Shown piece after piece: positions 8,654 through 17,506 of a DNA stretch of 26,041 bases. Within the stretch, counting starts at the first letter, position 1. Each line of letters opens with the position of its first letter. The stretch is from Thermodesulfobacteriota bacterium (GTDB taxonomy: Bacteria > Desulfobacterota > Desulfobulbia > Desulfobulbales > SURF-16). Under the pieces are notes generated by a model, which saw only the letters and a list, made by a program, of their open reading frames with translations, searched no databases and was not told where the DNA came from. Where the stretch lies: positions 1 through 26,041 of the forward strand of contig JBDLIE010000035.1 of assembly GCA_039715015.1 (NCBI GenBank), written 5' to 3'. The translations under genes and the position numbers were made by a program.

Positions 8654-9049
8654 CTAGCTGTCTTTTTCCATGCTTGCAGTTAACTCTTCTTTTTCCTCAA
8701 GCATGGCGTTGCGTCCTGCTTCAATGGCTTCGCTCAGGGCATTCTTTTTGTCATCAAGGTAATCCTTGCCGCTGGTGGCCATCTCTGTGCCCTGCTCAAT
8801 GAGATCCCTGCCCCTATTGATTAGATCTCTTCCTCGATCAGCAATGTCCTCTGCAGAGCCGCGAAGACTGTCGGGAAGGTTCAGGTTGCGTGTTTTGTCT
8901 CGTAAATCATTGCCGTAATCAGAAAGTATTTCTCTGGTTTCTACACCGGTTTTGGGGGCATAGAGCAGGGCAAGGCCTGCGCCGATGACCGTGCCGGTAA
9001 GAAAAGAGAGAAGGGTGGTTCCTGATTCGCAGCGATCATCTCTGTGCAT
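8654..9049 (-). CDS. YtxH-like protein
   Basis: FLTGTVIGAGLALLYAPKTGVETRE signature followed by a helical repeat-like region; AAGGAG RBS. Confidence 0.88.
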   Translation of the reverse strand: MHRDDRCESGTTLLSFLTGTVIGAGLALLYAPKTGVETREILSDYGNDLRDKTRNLNLPDSLRGSAEDIADRGRDLINRGRDLIEQGTEMATSGKDYLDDKKNALSEAIEAGRNAMLEEKEELTASMEKDS

Positions 9050-9143
9050 GGTGTTTCTCCTTAATGAATGTTGAACTCTTGGAGGCGTGACGCGTAGATA
9101 CAGTGGCGTCGTCTAGCCGCCTGATTGCCAAAAGTAAATTTGA

Positions 9144-9521
9144 TTATTTTATGAAGAACTTTGTAAACGCTTTAATCCCTGCATTGATACTGGCAATCTG
9201 AATCAAGCTGGGAGAAATTTTATCTTTCAAGATATGGGTTGTTGCGAGCAGTACATGGCCGGCCTCTTGCACTTCATTAAAAAGCGTGTCGGTCTGGTCG
9301 ATCTTGTCGTTGATGGATGCAGCCATGATCTGTAGCTCTTCTGCTGTGTCCGTGGCAGATTTGATCAGTGGTTCTATTTCGGTATCAATATGTGCAATAG
9401 CTCCTTCCACTCTCTTAGCTGTTTTTCTTATTTGATGGAGGGTAGGTATAAGGCCTGCCACCAGAACAACAAAGGAAAAGGCGATAACGGCAAGGAAAAA
9501 TGTTGAGGGGGTCACGGTCAT
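9144..9521 (-). CDS. DUF948 (YtxG/YoxC-like) membrane-anchored coiled-coil protein
   Basis: N-terminal TM helix then a coiled coil; directly upstream of ytxH, the usual pairing. Confidence 0.72.
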   Translation of the reverse strand: MTVTPSTFFLAVIAFSFVVLVAGLIPTLHQIRKTAKRVEGAIAHIDTEIEPLIKSATDTAEELQIMAASINDKIDQTDTLFNEVQEAGHVLLATTHILKDKISPSLIQIASINAGIKAFTKFFIK

Positions 9522-9560
9522 GTTACTCCTTAAGGAGGATAATCTCTTGAAATAAAAGGG

Positions 9561-9607
9561 ATAGTCTAATTGACTATTATTCTCACATAAAGGTAGGCGT
9601 TTGTAAA
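9561..9607 (-). promoter_or_regulatory. Candidate sigma70 promoter plus palindromic operator for the DUF948-YtxH pair
   Basis: TTTACA (9607-9602)-N17-GAGAAT (9584-9579) with extended TG; ATAGTC-N5-GACTAT (9561-9577) covers the predicted +1. Confidence 0.4.
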
Positions 9608-9622
9608 TAAGACAGTTGTCGA

Positions 9623-11017
9623 TTAATTGCTTGGCGCCTTCTTTTTAATACCAAATTTTTTCATCTTGTATTGCAGGAGGCTTTTAGTAATTCCCAAACT
9701 GTCTGCAGCTTTAGTTTGGATATAGTCAGATTGTTCCATGGCGCGGACGATCATCTTTTTTTCCAGAGCGTTTAAGATGTCAGGCAGGCGGATATCAGGC
9801 TTGAAAATTTCATCAATATTGAAATGAGCATCAAGTTCCGGCTGGTGGGGGCTGATGGTGTCTGGCTGCACATCTTCAGGTTCTATGTTGTTGTTATTGC
9901 AGAGAATAGAGGCTCTCTCAATGGTGTTTTCAAGTTCCCTAATGTTTCCTTCCCAGGGAAGGCTGGAGAGGAAGCTGATAGATCCTTCGGAGATGATCAG
10001 GCCGGGTTTGTTCAATTGCTTGGCAAATTTGTCGACGAAATGAAGGGCCAAGAGCGGGATGTCGTCCATGCGCTCACGAAGGGGAGGGACATGGATGTTA
10101 AGAACATTGAGACGGTAATAGAGATCCTCACGAAAATTCCCCTGCTCCACCTCTTCTTTGAGTTCTTTATTGGTCGCGGCAATAATGCGGACATCAACGG
10201 CCAGTTCGGTTGAGCCTCCAACCCGTTCGAATTTTTTTTCCTGAATGATTCTAAGAAGTTTTGCCTGGAGTGCCAGGGGCATTTCACCAATTTCATCAAG
10301 GAAGAGGGTGCCGCCATCTGCCCTTTCAAAACGGCCTTTACGTAGGGCAACAGCGCCAGTAAAGGCGCCTTTTTCGTGGCCGAACAGTTCACTTTCCAGG
10401 AGTGAGTCAGGCAAAGCCGCACAATTAACAGAGATAAAGGGGCCGCCTTCCCTGTTGGAGTTGCAGTGGATGGCACGGGCAATGAGTTCCTTGCCGGTGC
10501 CACTCTCGCCAGTTATGAGGACTGAGGTGGGAGTAGGAGAGACCTTTTCGATGAGGGAGTAGATATCTTGCATGGTCCGGTTTTTGCCCACCATGCCGGC
10601 AAAGTCGCAGCGCTGTTTAGCTTCGCTGCGGAGGCGGATATTCTCCCTTAAAACAGAGTGGTGCTCAATGGCCTTATTGATATTGGCCAGTAGTTCGTCA
10701 TTTTTAAAGGGCTTGGTGAGAAAGTTGAAAGAACCAGCCTGCATGGCGGCAACGGCCTTGTCAACCTCGCCGAAGGCAGTCATCATAATAACCGGCAATT
10801 GTGGGCTCTGTTCTTTAATGTGGGAAAGGAGTTCCATCCCTCCCATGCCTGGCATCTGCATGTCAGTCAGGACCAGGTCGAGATCTGTTTTACTGCAAAT
10901 CTGCAAAGCATCCTCACCATTGTTAGCAGTGAAAACCTGAAAGCCTTCGTCATCGAGAAGCTCTTCCAGGACAATTAGATAGTTTGGCTCGTCATCGACT
11001 ATGAGAATAGTATGCAT
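9623..11017 (-). CDS. sigma54-dependent response regulator (NtrC/AtoC family; REC-AAA+-Fis HTH)
   Basis: ILIVDDE, DMQMPG, GESGTGKE, GAFTGA, LFLDEIGE, WEGNIRELEN, C-terminal HTH. Confidence 0.95.
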   Translation of the reverse strand: MHTILIVDDEPNYLIVLEELLDDEGFQVFTANNGEDALQICSKTDLDLVLTDMQMPGMGGMELLSHIKEQSPQLPVIMMTAFGEVDKAVAAMQAGSFNFLTKPFKNDELLANINKAIEHHSVLRENIRLRSEAKQRCDFAGMVGKNRTMQDIYSLIEKVSPTPTSVLITGESGTGKELIARAIHCNSNREGGPFISVNCAALPDSLLESELFGHEKGAFTGAVALRKGRFERADGGTLFLDEIGEMPLALQAKLLRIIQEKKFERVGGSTELAVDVRIIAATNKELKEEVEQGNFREDLYYRLNVLNIHVPPLRERMDDIPLLALHFVDKFAKQLNKPGLIISEGSISFLSSLPWEGNIRELENTIERASILCNNNNIEPEDVQPDTISPHQPELDAHFNIDEIFKPDIRLPDILNALEKKMIVRAMEQSDYIQTKAADSLGITKSLLQYKMKKFGIKKKAPSN

Positions 11018-11025
11018 GATCTCTT

Positions 11026-11883
11026 TTAGTGTTTAATGTTCATTTGTATCCGCTCCTGCAATTGTAGCAGGACATCAAGGGGGACGCGTTGTTTTTTTTG
11101 CATGGTGCCCAGGCGGGTCCCGGGCCTGATGTCACCATGGTAGTCACTGCCGCCGGTGATAACCAGCTTCTCCTTTTCACACAAAGAGAGAAGTAGTTTG
11201 CGTAAGCCGGGAGAATGAACGGGGTAATACGCCTCTATACCATCAAGGCCCATCTCCACAAATTCACGGATGAGGTCAATGGTCATGTTTTTGTCCAGGG
11301 GGATGGTGCCTGGGTGAGCCAAAATAGCAAGGCCTCCAGCCCTGTGGATGATAGTTATAGCATCAGAAACCGGTAGTTTCTCCCTGGCGGCATAGGCTGG
11401 TCTATCTTTGCGCAGATACTTGTCAAAGGCGCTTTGCATGTTCTTCACTTTGCCAAGGCTGATAAGAAGTTGGCCGAAATGGGGGCGGCCAACAACACCA
11501 TCGCCTGCCAGGGACTGCATCTCGCTATATGTAACGTCAATGCCAAGGTCAAAGAGGTTCGCAATTATTTTCTCATTACGTTTTTTTCTGGTCTGCTGAA
11601 GATGTTCAAGGCTTTTTCTGAGGGACATATCCTCGGGATCAAAGCCGTAGCCAAGGATGTGAATGGGGATGTCACCATGGTTGGCACTGAGTTCGACACC
11701 GGAAAGCGCCGGCAAGCCTACCTTCTGAGCTGCGGAGAGAAGTTCCGGGACACCATCCACGGTGTCATGGTCTGTTAAAGCAAGACCGCCGAGATTCTCC
11801 TGGCAGGCCATCTCGACAAGCTCGGTGGGTGTCATGGTGCCATCGGAGAAGATAGAGTGGCAATGAAGATCAATATATTGCAT
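11026..11883 (-). CDS. PHP-domain metal-dependent phosphoesterase (TrpH/YciV-like)
   Basis: IDLHCHSIFSDG, LTDHDT, GRPH, LAHP, GGSDYHG; start moved to ATG 11883. Confidence 0.9.
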   Translation of the reverse strand: MQYIDLHCHSIFSDGTMTPTELVEMACQENLGGLALTDHDTVDGVPELLSAAQKVGLPALSGVELSANHGDIPIHILGYGFDPEDMSLRKSLEHLQQTRKKRNEKIIANLFDLGIDVTYSEMQSLAGDGVVGRPHFGQLLISLGKVKNMQSAFDKYLRKDRPAYAAREKLPVSDAITIIHRAGGLAILAHPGTIPLDKNMTIDLIREFVEMGLDGIEAYYPVHSPGLRKLLLSLCEKEKLVITGGSDYHGDIRPGTRLGTMQKKQRVPLDVLLQLQERIQMNIKH

Positions 11884-12204
11884 GTTTTTTCGTTTTTGCC
11901 GGTGGCTGAGATAGGTATGAAAGAAAAATATCCTAACGCGGTAGATCTCTGGCTGCAAGGGGTAATCAGGTGGGGAAAAAGATTACCGGAATTTGCAAAG
12001 GCTCAAATGTAATTAAATGAAATCAAGTTGTTGGGTGCAATGAGAGCTTTTCTGGCATGCTGTTATTCGTTGATGTAAATGGATGGGGCGTGCTATAGTG
12101 ATTATTGCTGTTTGGTGACAGGCAGGGGGCAAATACTCCTTGTTTGTAGATTTTTTGAGATGGGGTGGGCAGTCGCAGGGGTCCACCGAAAACGGAGGTT
12201 GTCA

Positions 12205-13287
12205 ATGGCACAGATAGATGCCTTTTTTAAACTGATGAACGAACAAGGTGCTTCTGACCTTCATATGATTGCCGGTCAGAAACCCATTTTGCGTATTCGT
12301 GGCGATATTGAGAGGGTAAAATATAAAGTTCTCGACAATGATGAACTCAAGGCCATGGTCTATGAGATTATCACTGAGGAAAAGGCCAAGAAGTATGAGG
12401 AGACAGGCGACATTGACTTCGGTTATGAGATCCCTGGTCTGGCCCGGTATCGTGGCAACCTCTTTCAACAGAAATATGGCGTTGGTGCGGTTTTTCGTGA
12501 GATTCCCAGTGAAATTCAAAGCGTCCAAGCCCTCAATCTTCCCTCGGTTGTCGGCAAGCTCTCCCAGCTCCCCAAGGGTATGGTTCTGGTGACCGGACCT
12601 ACCGGTTCTGGTAAGTCAACCACACTGGCCGCCATTGTTGATGAATGTAATAGGACCCGTAGTGACCATATCCTCACCATTGAGGATCCCATCGAATTTG
12701 TTCATCGCAGTCAGCTCTCCGTGGTTAACCATCGTGAGGTGGGAACCCACACCAAGAGCTTTTCCGCGGCTCTGCGCGGCGCACTCCGTGAAGATCCCGA
12801 TATTATCCTGGTTGGTGAGATGCGTGACCTTGAGACCATTTCTCTGGCCATGGAGGCGGCCATGACCGGCCATCTCGTCTTTGGTACCCTTCATACCCTG
12901 AACGCTGCTAAGACGGTTGATCGTATTATTGAGATCTTCCCTGCCGAGCAGCAGTCCCAGGTTCGTTCCACCCTGGCTGATGCCCTCAAGGCCGTTGTCT
13001 CCCAGACCATTTTTAAACGGGTCGATGTTAAGGGCCGTTGTGCCGCCCTGGAGATCCTCATCTGCACACCGGCGGTCCGTAACCTCATCCGTGAGGGTAA
13101 GACCTATCAGATTCCCTCGGCCATGCAGACCGGTAAGAAGTACGGTATGCAGACCCTTGATGATGCTATTATGGATTATCTCCAGCGTGGCTGGATATCT
13201 CCCGACGATGCCTATATGCATTGTATTGAGAAGAGTAAATTTGTTCAGTTTCTCAGGAAGCCACCCACCGACTTTACTGATATCTAA
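12205..13287 (+). CDS. pilT: Type IV pilus retraction ATPase
   Basis: ASDLH, GPTGSGKSTT, TIEDPIE, LREDPDIILVGEMRD, GTLHT, AVRNLIRE, GMQT; GGAGG RBS before ATG 12205. Confidence 0.95.
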   Translation: MAQIDAFFKLMNEQGASDLHMIAGQKPILRIRGDIERVKYKVLDNDELKAMVYEIITEEKAKKYEETGDIDFGYEIPGLARYRGNLFQQKYGVGAVFREIPSEIQSVQALNLPSVVGKLSQLPKGMVLVTGPTGSGKSTTLAAIVDECNRTRSDHILTIEDPIEFVHRSQLSVVNHREVGTHTKSFSAALRGALREDPDIILVGEMRDLETISLAMEAAMTGHLVFGTLHTLNAAKTVDRIIEIFPAEQQSQVRSTLADALKAVVSQTIFKRVDVKGRCAALEILICTPAVRNLIREGKTYQIPSAMQTGKKYGMQTLDDAIMDYLQRGWISPDDAYMHCIEKSKFVQFLRKPPTDFTDI

Positions 13288-13304
13288 AACAAACTGTCCC
13301 TTTC

Positions 13305-13337
13305 AAAAGGCGGTCTCTGCGGAGGTCGCCTTTTTTT
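13305..13337. terminator. Intrinsic terminator between convergent pilT and comEC
   Basis: AAAAGGCGGTCTC-tgcg-GAGGTCGCCTTTTTTT. Confidence 0.75.
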
Positions 13338-15807
13338 ATTGGAGGCTTGATGTCTCCAGACCTTCCGGCATGAAGAGGATGGTGATGGCGCCTGCTTCCG
13401 AGGTGAGCAGCGAGGTGGCCCCGCCTTCGCGGTATCTTTTCTCTACAGCTCTGTTTGGGTAACGAGACCTCTTGAATCTGCTTGCTGAAAAGATAACGGT
13501 CTTTGGAGCAACCTTGTTTAAAAATTCCCTGCTGCTGGAGCTGATGCTGCCGTGGTGGGGGGCGATGATGACGTCACTGGAGAGATTGTCGTGATGGTCC
13601 ACCAAATATCTTTCTGCTTCATTTTCAATATCACCCGGCATGAGGAGAGAGTGTTTCGCTGAGGTGAACTTGATCACCAGGCTCTGGTTGTTTTGCTTTT
13701 CCTGTGCGGAGCTGTGAAGATCGCCCAGACAAGATAGAGTGCTGCCGCTTGCCAAGGAGTAGGTTTCTCCTTTCTTGGGGATATGAATATTGCTCTGCAC
13801 TCTTTTGGCAATTTCGAGCATTTTCTGCCAGCCCGGATCAGGGGCGTTTTTCGTTGGAATCCATAAATCTCTGGGGGTGAAATGCTCCAGGAGAAAGGCG
13901 GCACCACTATAGTGGTCTTGGTCCGGGTGGCTTAGGATAAGAAGATCGATACTTCGTATCCCTTTTGACCAGAGAGCTGGGGCTATGACCTGTCTGCCAA
14001 TGTCAAAGGAGGGGGAGCGTGGTCCTCCGGCATCAACGACAATGACCTCGCCTTCACTGGTCTCAATAAGGGTGCAATTGCCTTGTCCCACATCAAGAAT
14101 GGTTGCTTGGTCAGCCGTAATTTTTGAAGGGGCAACAGCAAAGATCATGAGGCAGCAGACGACGGCTACCATCCGGAGCTGTGTCTTCTTTATCTGGATA
14201 AAAGAGAAAAGGCCGCTATAAAAGAGAATGACCTGAAAAACAGATGGAGTGGGGAGCCAGATAGATTTTGAGAGTGGCTGGAGTTTTTCTGCCAGATAAA
14301 GTGCAATGTCAAGTCCTGCCCCTCCTGTTTTAAAGAGGAGCAGGGCAAGATTTGGGAAGAGGGGGGCAAGGAGACTGGCTGGTAACCCCCAACCTAAAGC
14401 CCACATGCAAAGGAAGGGTTCGATGGTAATGGTTGCTAAGGGACCACTTAAGGCGAAACGGTTAAAATGGTAGAGGAGAAGGGGGAGGGTGGCAAGGCTT
14501 GCCGCGAGAGAAACAATAAGGCTGCCCGAGGCATATCTGATGATCAGTCGCTTAATGTTTTTGTGCTCATGGGTAGTGAAAAAGTCGCGGGCCTGGGGCA
14601 GGATAAGAATGATCCCTGCCACTGCTGCAAAGGAAAGTTGAAAGGATACTGTGGTGATGGCCAGGGGATTGATAATCAGGATGAAAAGTGCAGCCAGGCT
14701 GATATTCGTCGGTCCGTGCCACTGGCGGTCGCTGAGAAGAGCGCTTATGAAAACCATGATCATCAGCAGGGCACGTAAGGCCGGGGTCTGAAAACCAGCC
14801 ACCAGGCAGTAGAGAATAAGGGGAAGGATGGCAGCGCAGGCAGCAATTTTTTTAGCAGAGCCGTGCAGAAGGATGGTGCTGGAGCGCTGCAAGAGCCAGT
14901 AAGAGCCCGTCATGACAGCACCTGCCAAAAGAGCCATGTGGAGGCCGGAAATAGCTAAGAGATGGACAATGCCCAGGGACCTGAAAAGCTCTGTCAGTTC
15001 GGGGGACAGGCCACCCCTGTCGCCGGTGATGAGGGCGCGGTACAGAGCACTGTGTTTCTCCGGCAGATTGTGGTCTAAAAAGCTGATAAGCTGTGACCGC
15101 AATTGTTCCGGGCCATAGAATAATCTGCTGTCTTTCCTGGTAAGGCCATCCACCTTTATGATGGATTGGCCAGAGCTTATCCAGCCGCTTATGAAAATAT
15201 TCTGAGTTGCAAGAAAACGAGAGTGATCGAAACCGCCTGGGTTGTGAAAACCTTGGGGGGGAGAGAGTTTAGCTCGTGTTAGAATTTGATCCCCAGCGAA
15301 AAGAGGGTTTTTGGGCCTGCCGCGCATGTTTATTTTGACAAGGCCACTTGCCTTTTGAAAGGTTGGGAGGGGAAGATTTGCTCGCAACACAGGAAGGTGA
15401 TCGGCAGGGGGGATATAAATCCCACGGCTGTCTATGATTAATGTGGTTCTATCTCGGCTATACCTTGGAGCCTTGGCGACCACGCCAATAAGGATGACTT
15501 CTTTTTGTGTTGATACAAGGTTGGCAATATGATGGTTTGCCCAAGGAGGTGCCAGGGCAGAGATACCGTGGCTAAATCCTATTAGGAGAAAAAATACGAT
15601 TGTTAGAGTGTGACCCAGTTTTCTTGATAGGCGTAGGGCAAAAAAACACGCCATGCCAAAGCCGACGGTGGCAAGAGCAAGTGCAGAGTAGCGGGGGGAA
15701 TAGGGGAAAGCTGGAAGGGCGAGGGCGATCCCCGTGCCAAAGGCAAGGGTGGAATGGACTACAAGGAAGGATGGCGAAAACAGGTTCTTGAGGGTCCTGT
15801 TGGTCAT
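13336..15807 (-). CDS. comEC: DNA internalization competence protein ComEC/Rec2
   Basis: NPGGFD, HLLAISGLH, SFQLSF, LDVGQG, SHPDQDH and PHHGS (metallo-beta-lactamase domain); 823 aa. Confidence 0.95.
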   Translation of the reverse strand: MTNRTLKNLFSPSFLVVHSTLAFGTGIALALPAFPYSPRYSALALATVGFGMACFFALRLSRKLGHTLTIVFFLLIGFSHGISALAPPWANHHIANLVSTQKEVILIGVVAKAPRYSRDRTTLIIDSRGIYIPPADHLPVLRANLPLPTFQKASGLVKINMRGRPKNPLFAGDQILTRAKLSPPQGFHNPGGFDHSRFLATQNIFISGWISSGQSIIKVDGLTRKDSRLFYGPEQLRSQLISFLDHNLPEKHSALYRALITGDRGGLSPELTELFRSLGIVHLLAISGLHMALLAGAVMTGSYWLLQRSSTILLHGSAKKIAACAAILPLILYCLVAGFQTPALRALLMIMVFISALLSDRQWHGPTNISLAALFILIINPLAITTVSFQLSFAAVAGIILILPQARDFFTTHEHKNIKRLIIRYASGSLIVSLAASLATLPLLLYHFNRFALSGPLATITIEPFLCMWALGWGLPASLLAPLFPNLALLLFKTGGAGLDIALYLAEKLQPLSKSIWLPTPSVFQVILFYSGLFSFIQIKKTQLRMVAVVCCLMIFAVAPSKITADQATILDVGQGNCTLIETSEGEVIVVDAGGPRSPSFDIGRQVIAPALWSKGIRSIDLLILSHPDQDHYSGAAFLLEHFTPRDLWIPTKNAPDPGWQKMLEIAKRVQSNIHIPKKGETYSLASGSTLSCLGDLHSSAQEKQNNQSLVIKFTSAKHSLLMPGDIENEAERYLVDHHDNLSSDVIIAPHHGSISSSSREFLNKVAPKTVIFSASRFKRSRYPNRAVEKRYREGGATSLLTSEAGAITILFMPEGLETSSLQ

Positions 15808-15809
15808 AG

Positions 15810-15842
15810 AAAAAAACCCGCTCTTTTTAGGGGCGGGTTTTT
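15810..15842. terminator. Terminator-like hairpin between the sigma factor gene and comEC
   Basis: AAAAAAACCCGCTCTTTTTAGGGGCGGGTTTTT: GC stem flanked by A and T tracts. Confidence 0.65.
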
Positions 15843-15853
15843 ATTTTGTCAAT

Positions 15854-17161
15854 TTAGTCGAGGAAAAACTTCAGCTTTTCCCGGCGGCTTGAATGCCGCA
15901 ACCTGTTCAAGGCCTTTTTTTCAATTTGGCGGATACGCTCCCTGGAGACATTAAAGCGTTTGCCAATTTCTTCCAGGGTGTACTCGGCGTCCTCACCAAT
16001 GCCAAAACGGAGGCGGATGATTTTTTCCTCCCTGGGACTGAGGGTGGATAGAATGCCAGTTACCCGGTCAGCAAGCTCGCTGTTCTTTACAGACTCGAAA
16101 GGGGAGACCGCTTCCTGGTTCTCAAGGAAATCACCCAGGGTGGAGTCATCATCGCCCACAGGTGTTTCCAGGGAGATAGGCTCTCTGGAGGCCTCAAGGA
16201 TCGCCAGGATTTTATCCATGGGCAAGCCGGTTTTCTCTGAAATCTCAACAGGGGTAGGTTCACGGCCTAGCTCTTTAAGGAGCGAGTAAAACGCCTTGAA
16301 AAACTGACTGCGGAGCTCCAAAAAGTGAACAGGCAGACGAATGGTTCTGGTCTTATCAAGGATGGCGCGGGTTATGGCCTGGCGAATCCACCAGCTTGCA
16401 TAGGTGGAGAATTTATTCCCCTTGGTGTAATCAAAGCGGAAAACAGCCCGCATCAGACCCAGATTGCCCTCTTGGATCAGGTCGGCGAGACTTAAGCCCT
16501 GGTGCATATAGCGCTTGGCAATGGACACAACCAGGCGAAGGTTGGCCTTAATCATGGCGTCTTTGGCCGATTCAATGGAGCGGGTATAGAGGCCGATGCG
16601 AAAATTGGCAGCGCAAATGTTCTCGTTGCCGTTATGTTCGGTGGCAATGGCCAGCACCGTGCGGCGCATATGGTTAAGATGTTGCTTTTTGGGCTTTAGG
16701 GTAGGGTCGCGTTTTTCCCAGAGATCAATACGGTCAACCAGGGTGCTCACTTCAGTGAGTTCTGACTGGTCGGTGCGAATTGTTCTAATGATGGAATCAA
16801 AACCTTCGCGGATGGTCTTGGAGTATTTTTCTTCTTCCGCAGGGGTGAGCAGGTCGAAACGGCCCATTTCGCGGAGATAGGTGGTGGTGGTTTCTTCCAC
16901 TTCTTGAGCAGGCTCAACTTTTTGGCCCGGAGCAGCGGTGTTATCGTCATCGCCACTGTCGCCGTCATCTAGGTTAGCTTTATGGTTAGCGGAGAGGGTT
17001 TCGACAACCTTGATTTTATTTTTTTCAAGGAAGGCAAAGATGAGATCAATAAAGGAGGCATCTTTTTCTTCTGGGATGAGATCGTTGAGAATGCCAATAC
17101 TAACACAGCCACCACATTGCTTACCAATTTTCTTTAATCTAGCTTGAATGACTGCTGGCAC
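15854..17161 (-). CDS. RpoD/SigA-family sigma70 factor (probably a non-primary paralog)
   Basis: YLREMG (region 1.2), ANLRLVVSIAKRY, DLIQEGNLGLMRAV, KFSTYASWWIRQAI, TLEEIG..FNVSRERIRQIE. GTG at 17161 has better spacing to the GGAG RBS than GTG at 17167. Confidence 0.9.
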   Translation of the reverse strand: MPAVIQARLKKIGKQCGGCVSIGILNDLIPEEKDASFIDLIFAFLEKNKIKVVETLSANHKANLDDGDSGDDDNTAAPGQKVEPAQEVEETTTTYLREMGRFDLLTPAEEEKYSKTIREGFDSIIRTIRTDQSELTEVSTLVDRIDLWEKRDPTLKPKKQHLNHMRRTVLAIATEHNGNENICAANFRIGLYTRSIESAKDAMIKANLRLVVSIAKRYMHQGLSLADLIQEGNLGLMRAVFRFDYTKGNKFSTYASWWIRQAITRAILDKTRTIRLPVHFLELRSQFFKAFYSLLKELGREPTPVEISEKTGLPMDKILAILEASREPISLETPVGDDDSTLGDFLENQEAVSPFESVKNSELADRVTGILSTLSPREEKIIRLRFGIGEDAEYTLEEIGKRFNVSRERIRQIEKKALNRLRHSSRREKLKFFLD

Positions 17162-17395
17162 AGGCACACTCCGTAAAAAAATATGTAAAAAGGCCTTGGT
17201 TAATAAAAATATGAGGCCTATATATTAATAAAGTTCCTTGCTTTATATGCCCATATTTGCGAGCTCTTTTAAAGACTGCTGGGCAAAAAAAATACGTGTC
17301 ACCAACAGAAGCTGGTCGGTGACACGAAAACTCCATAACCTACATAATTATTCTCTGGATAGCAACCATTTTTTACTAATTCTATCAGGCCTTTC

Positions 17396-17424
17396 TTGAC
17401 TTTATAGATAGTGCCCCCCATAAT
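17396..17424 (+). promoter_or_regulatory. sigma70 promoter of malQ
   Basis: TTGACT-N17-CATAAT, about 80 bp upstream of the ATG. Confidence 0.6.
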
Positions 17425-17506
17425 CATCCAGAATAAATATCTTAAGCACTCGTTTCATTTTGTGATTGCCATATTATTCACATTCAATTCTGAGGTTACT
17501 GTCAAT

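Noticed and set aside
12021..12070. IHF consensus (AATCAAGTTGTTG) plus TGGCA as a sigma54 promoter for pilT
   Set aside because: No GC at the -12 position (GG-N10-TT). The IHF match may be real but the promoter is unsupported.
12616..13221. 201-aa antisense ORF within pilT, and similar shadow ORFs over lpxC, rsmE and the response regulator
   Set aside because: They fully overlap well-supported genes on the opposite strand, show no recognisable motifs and are explained by codon bias.
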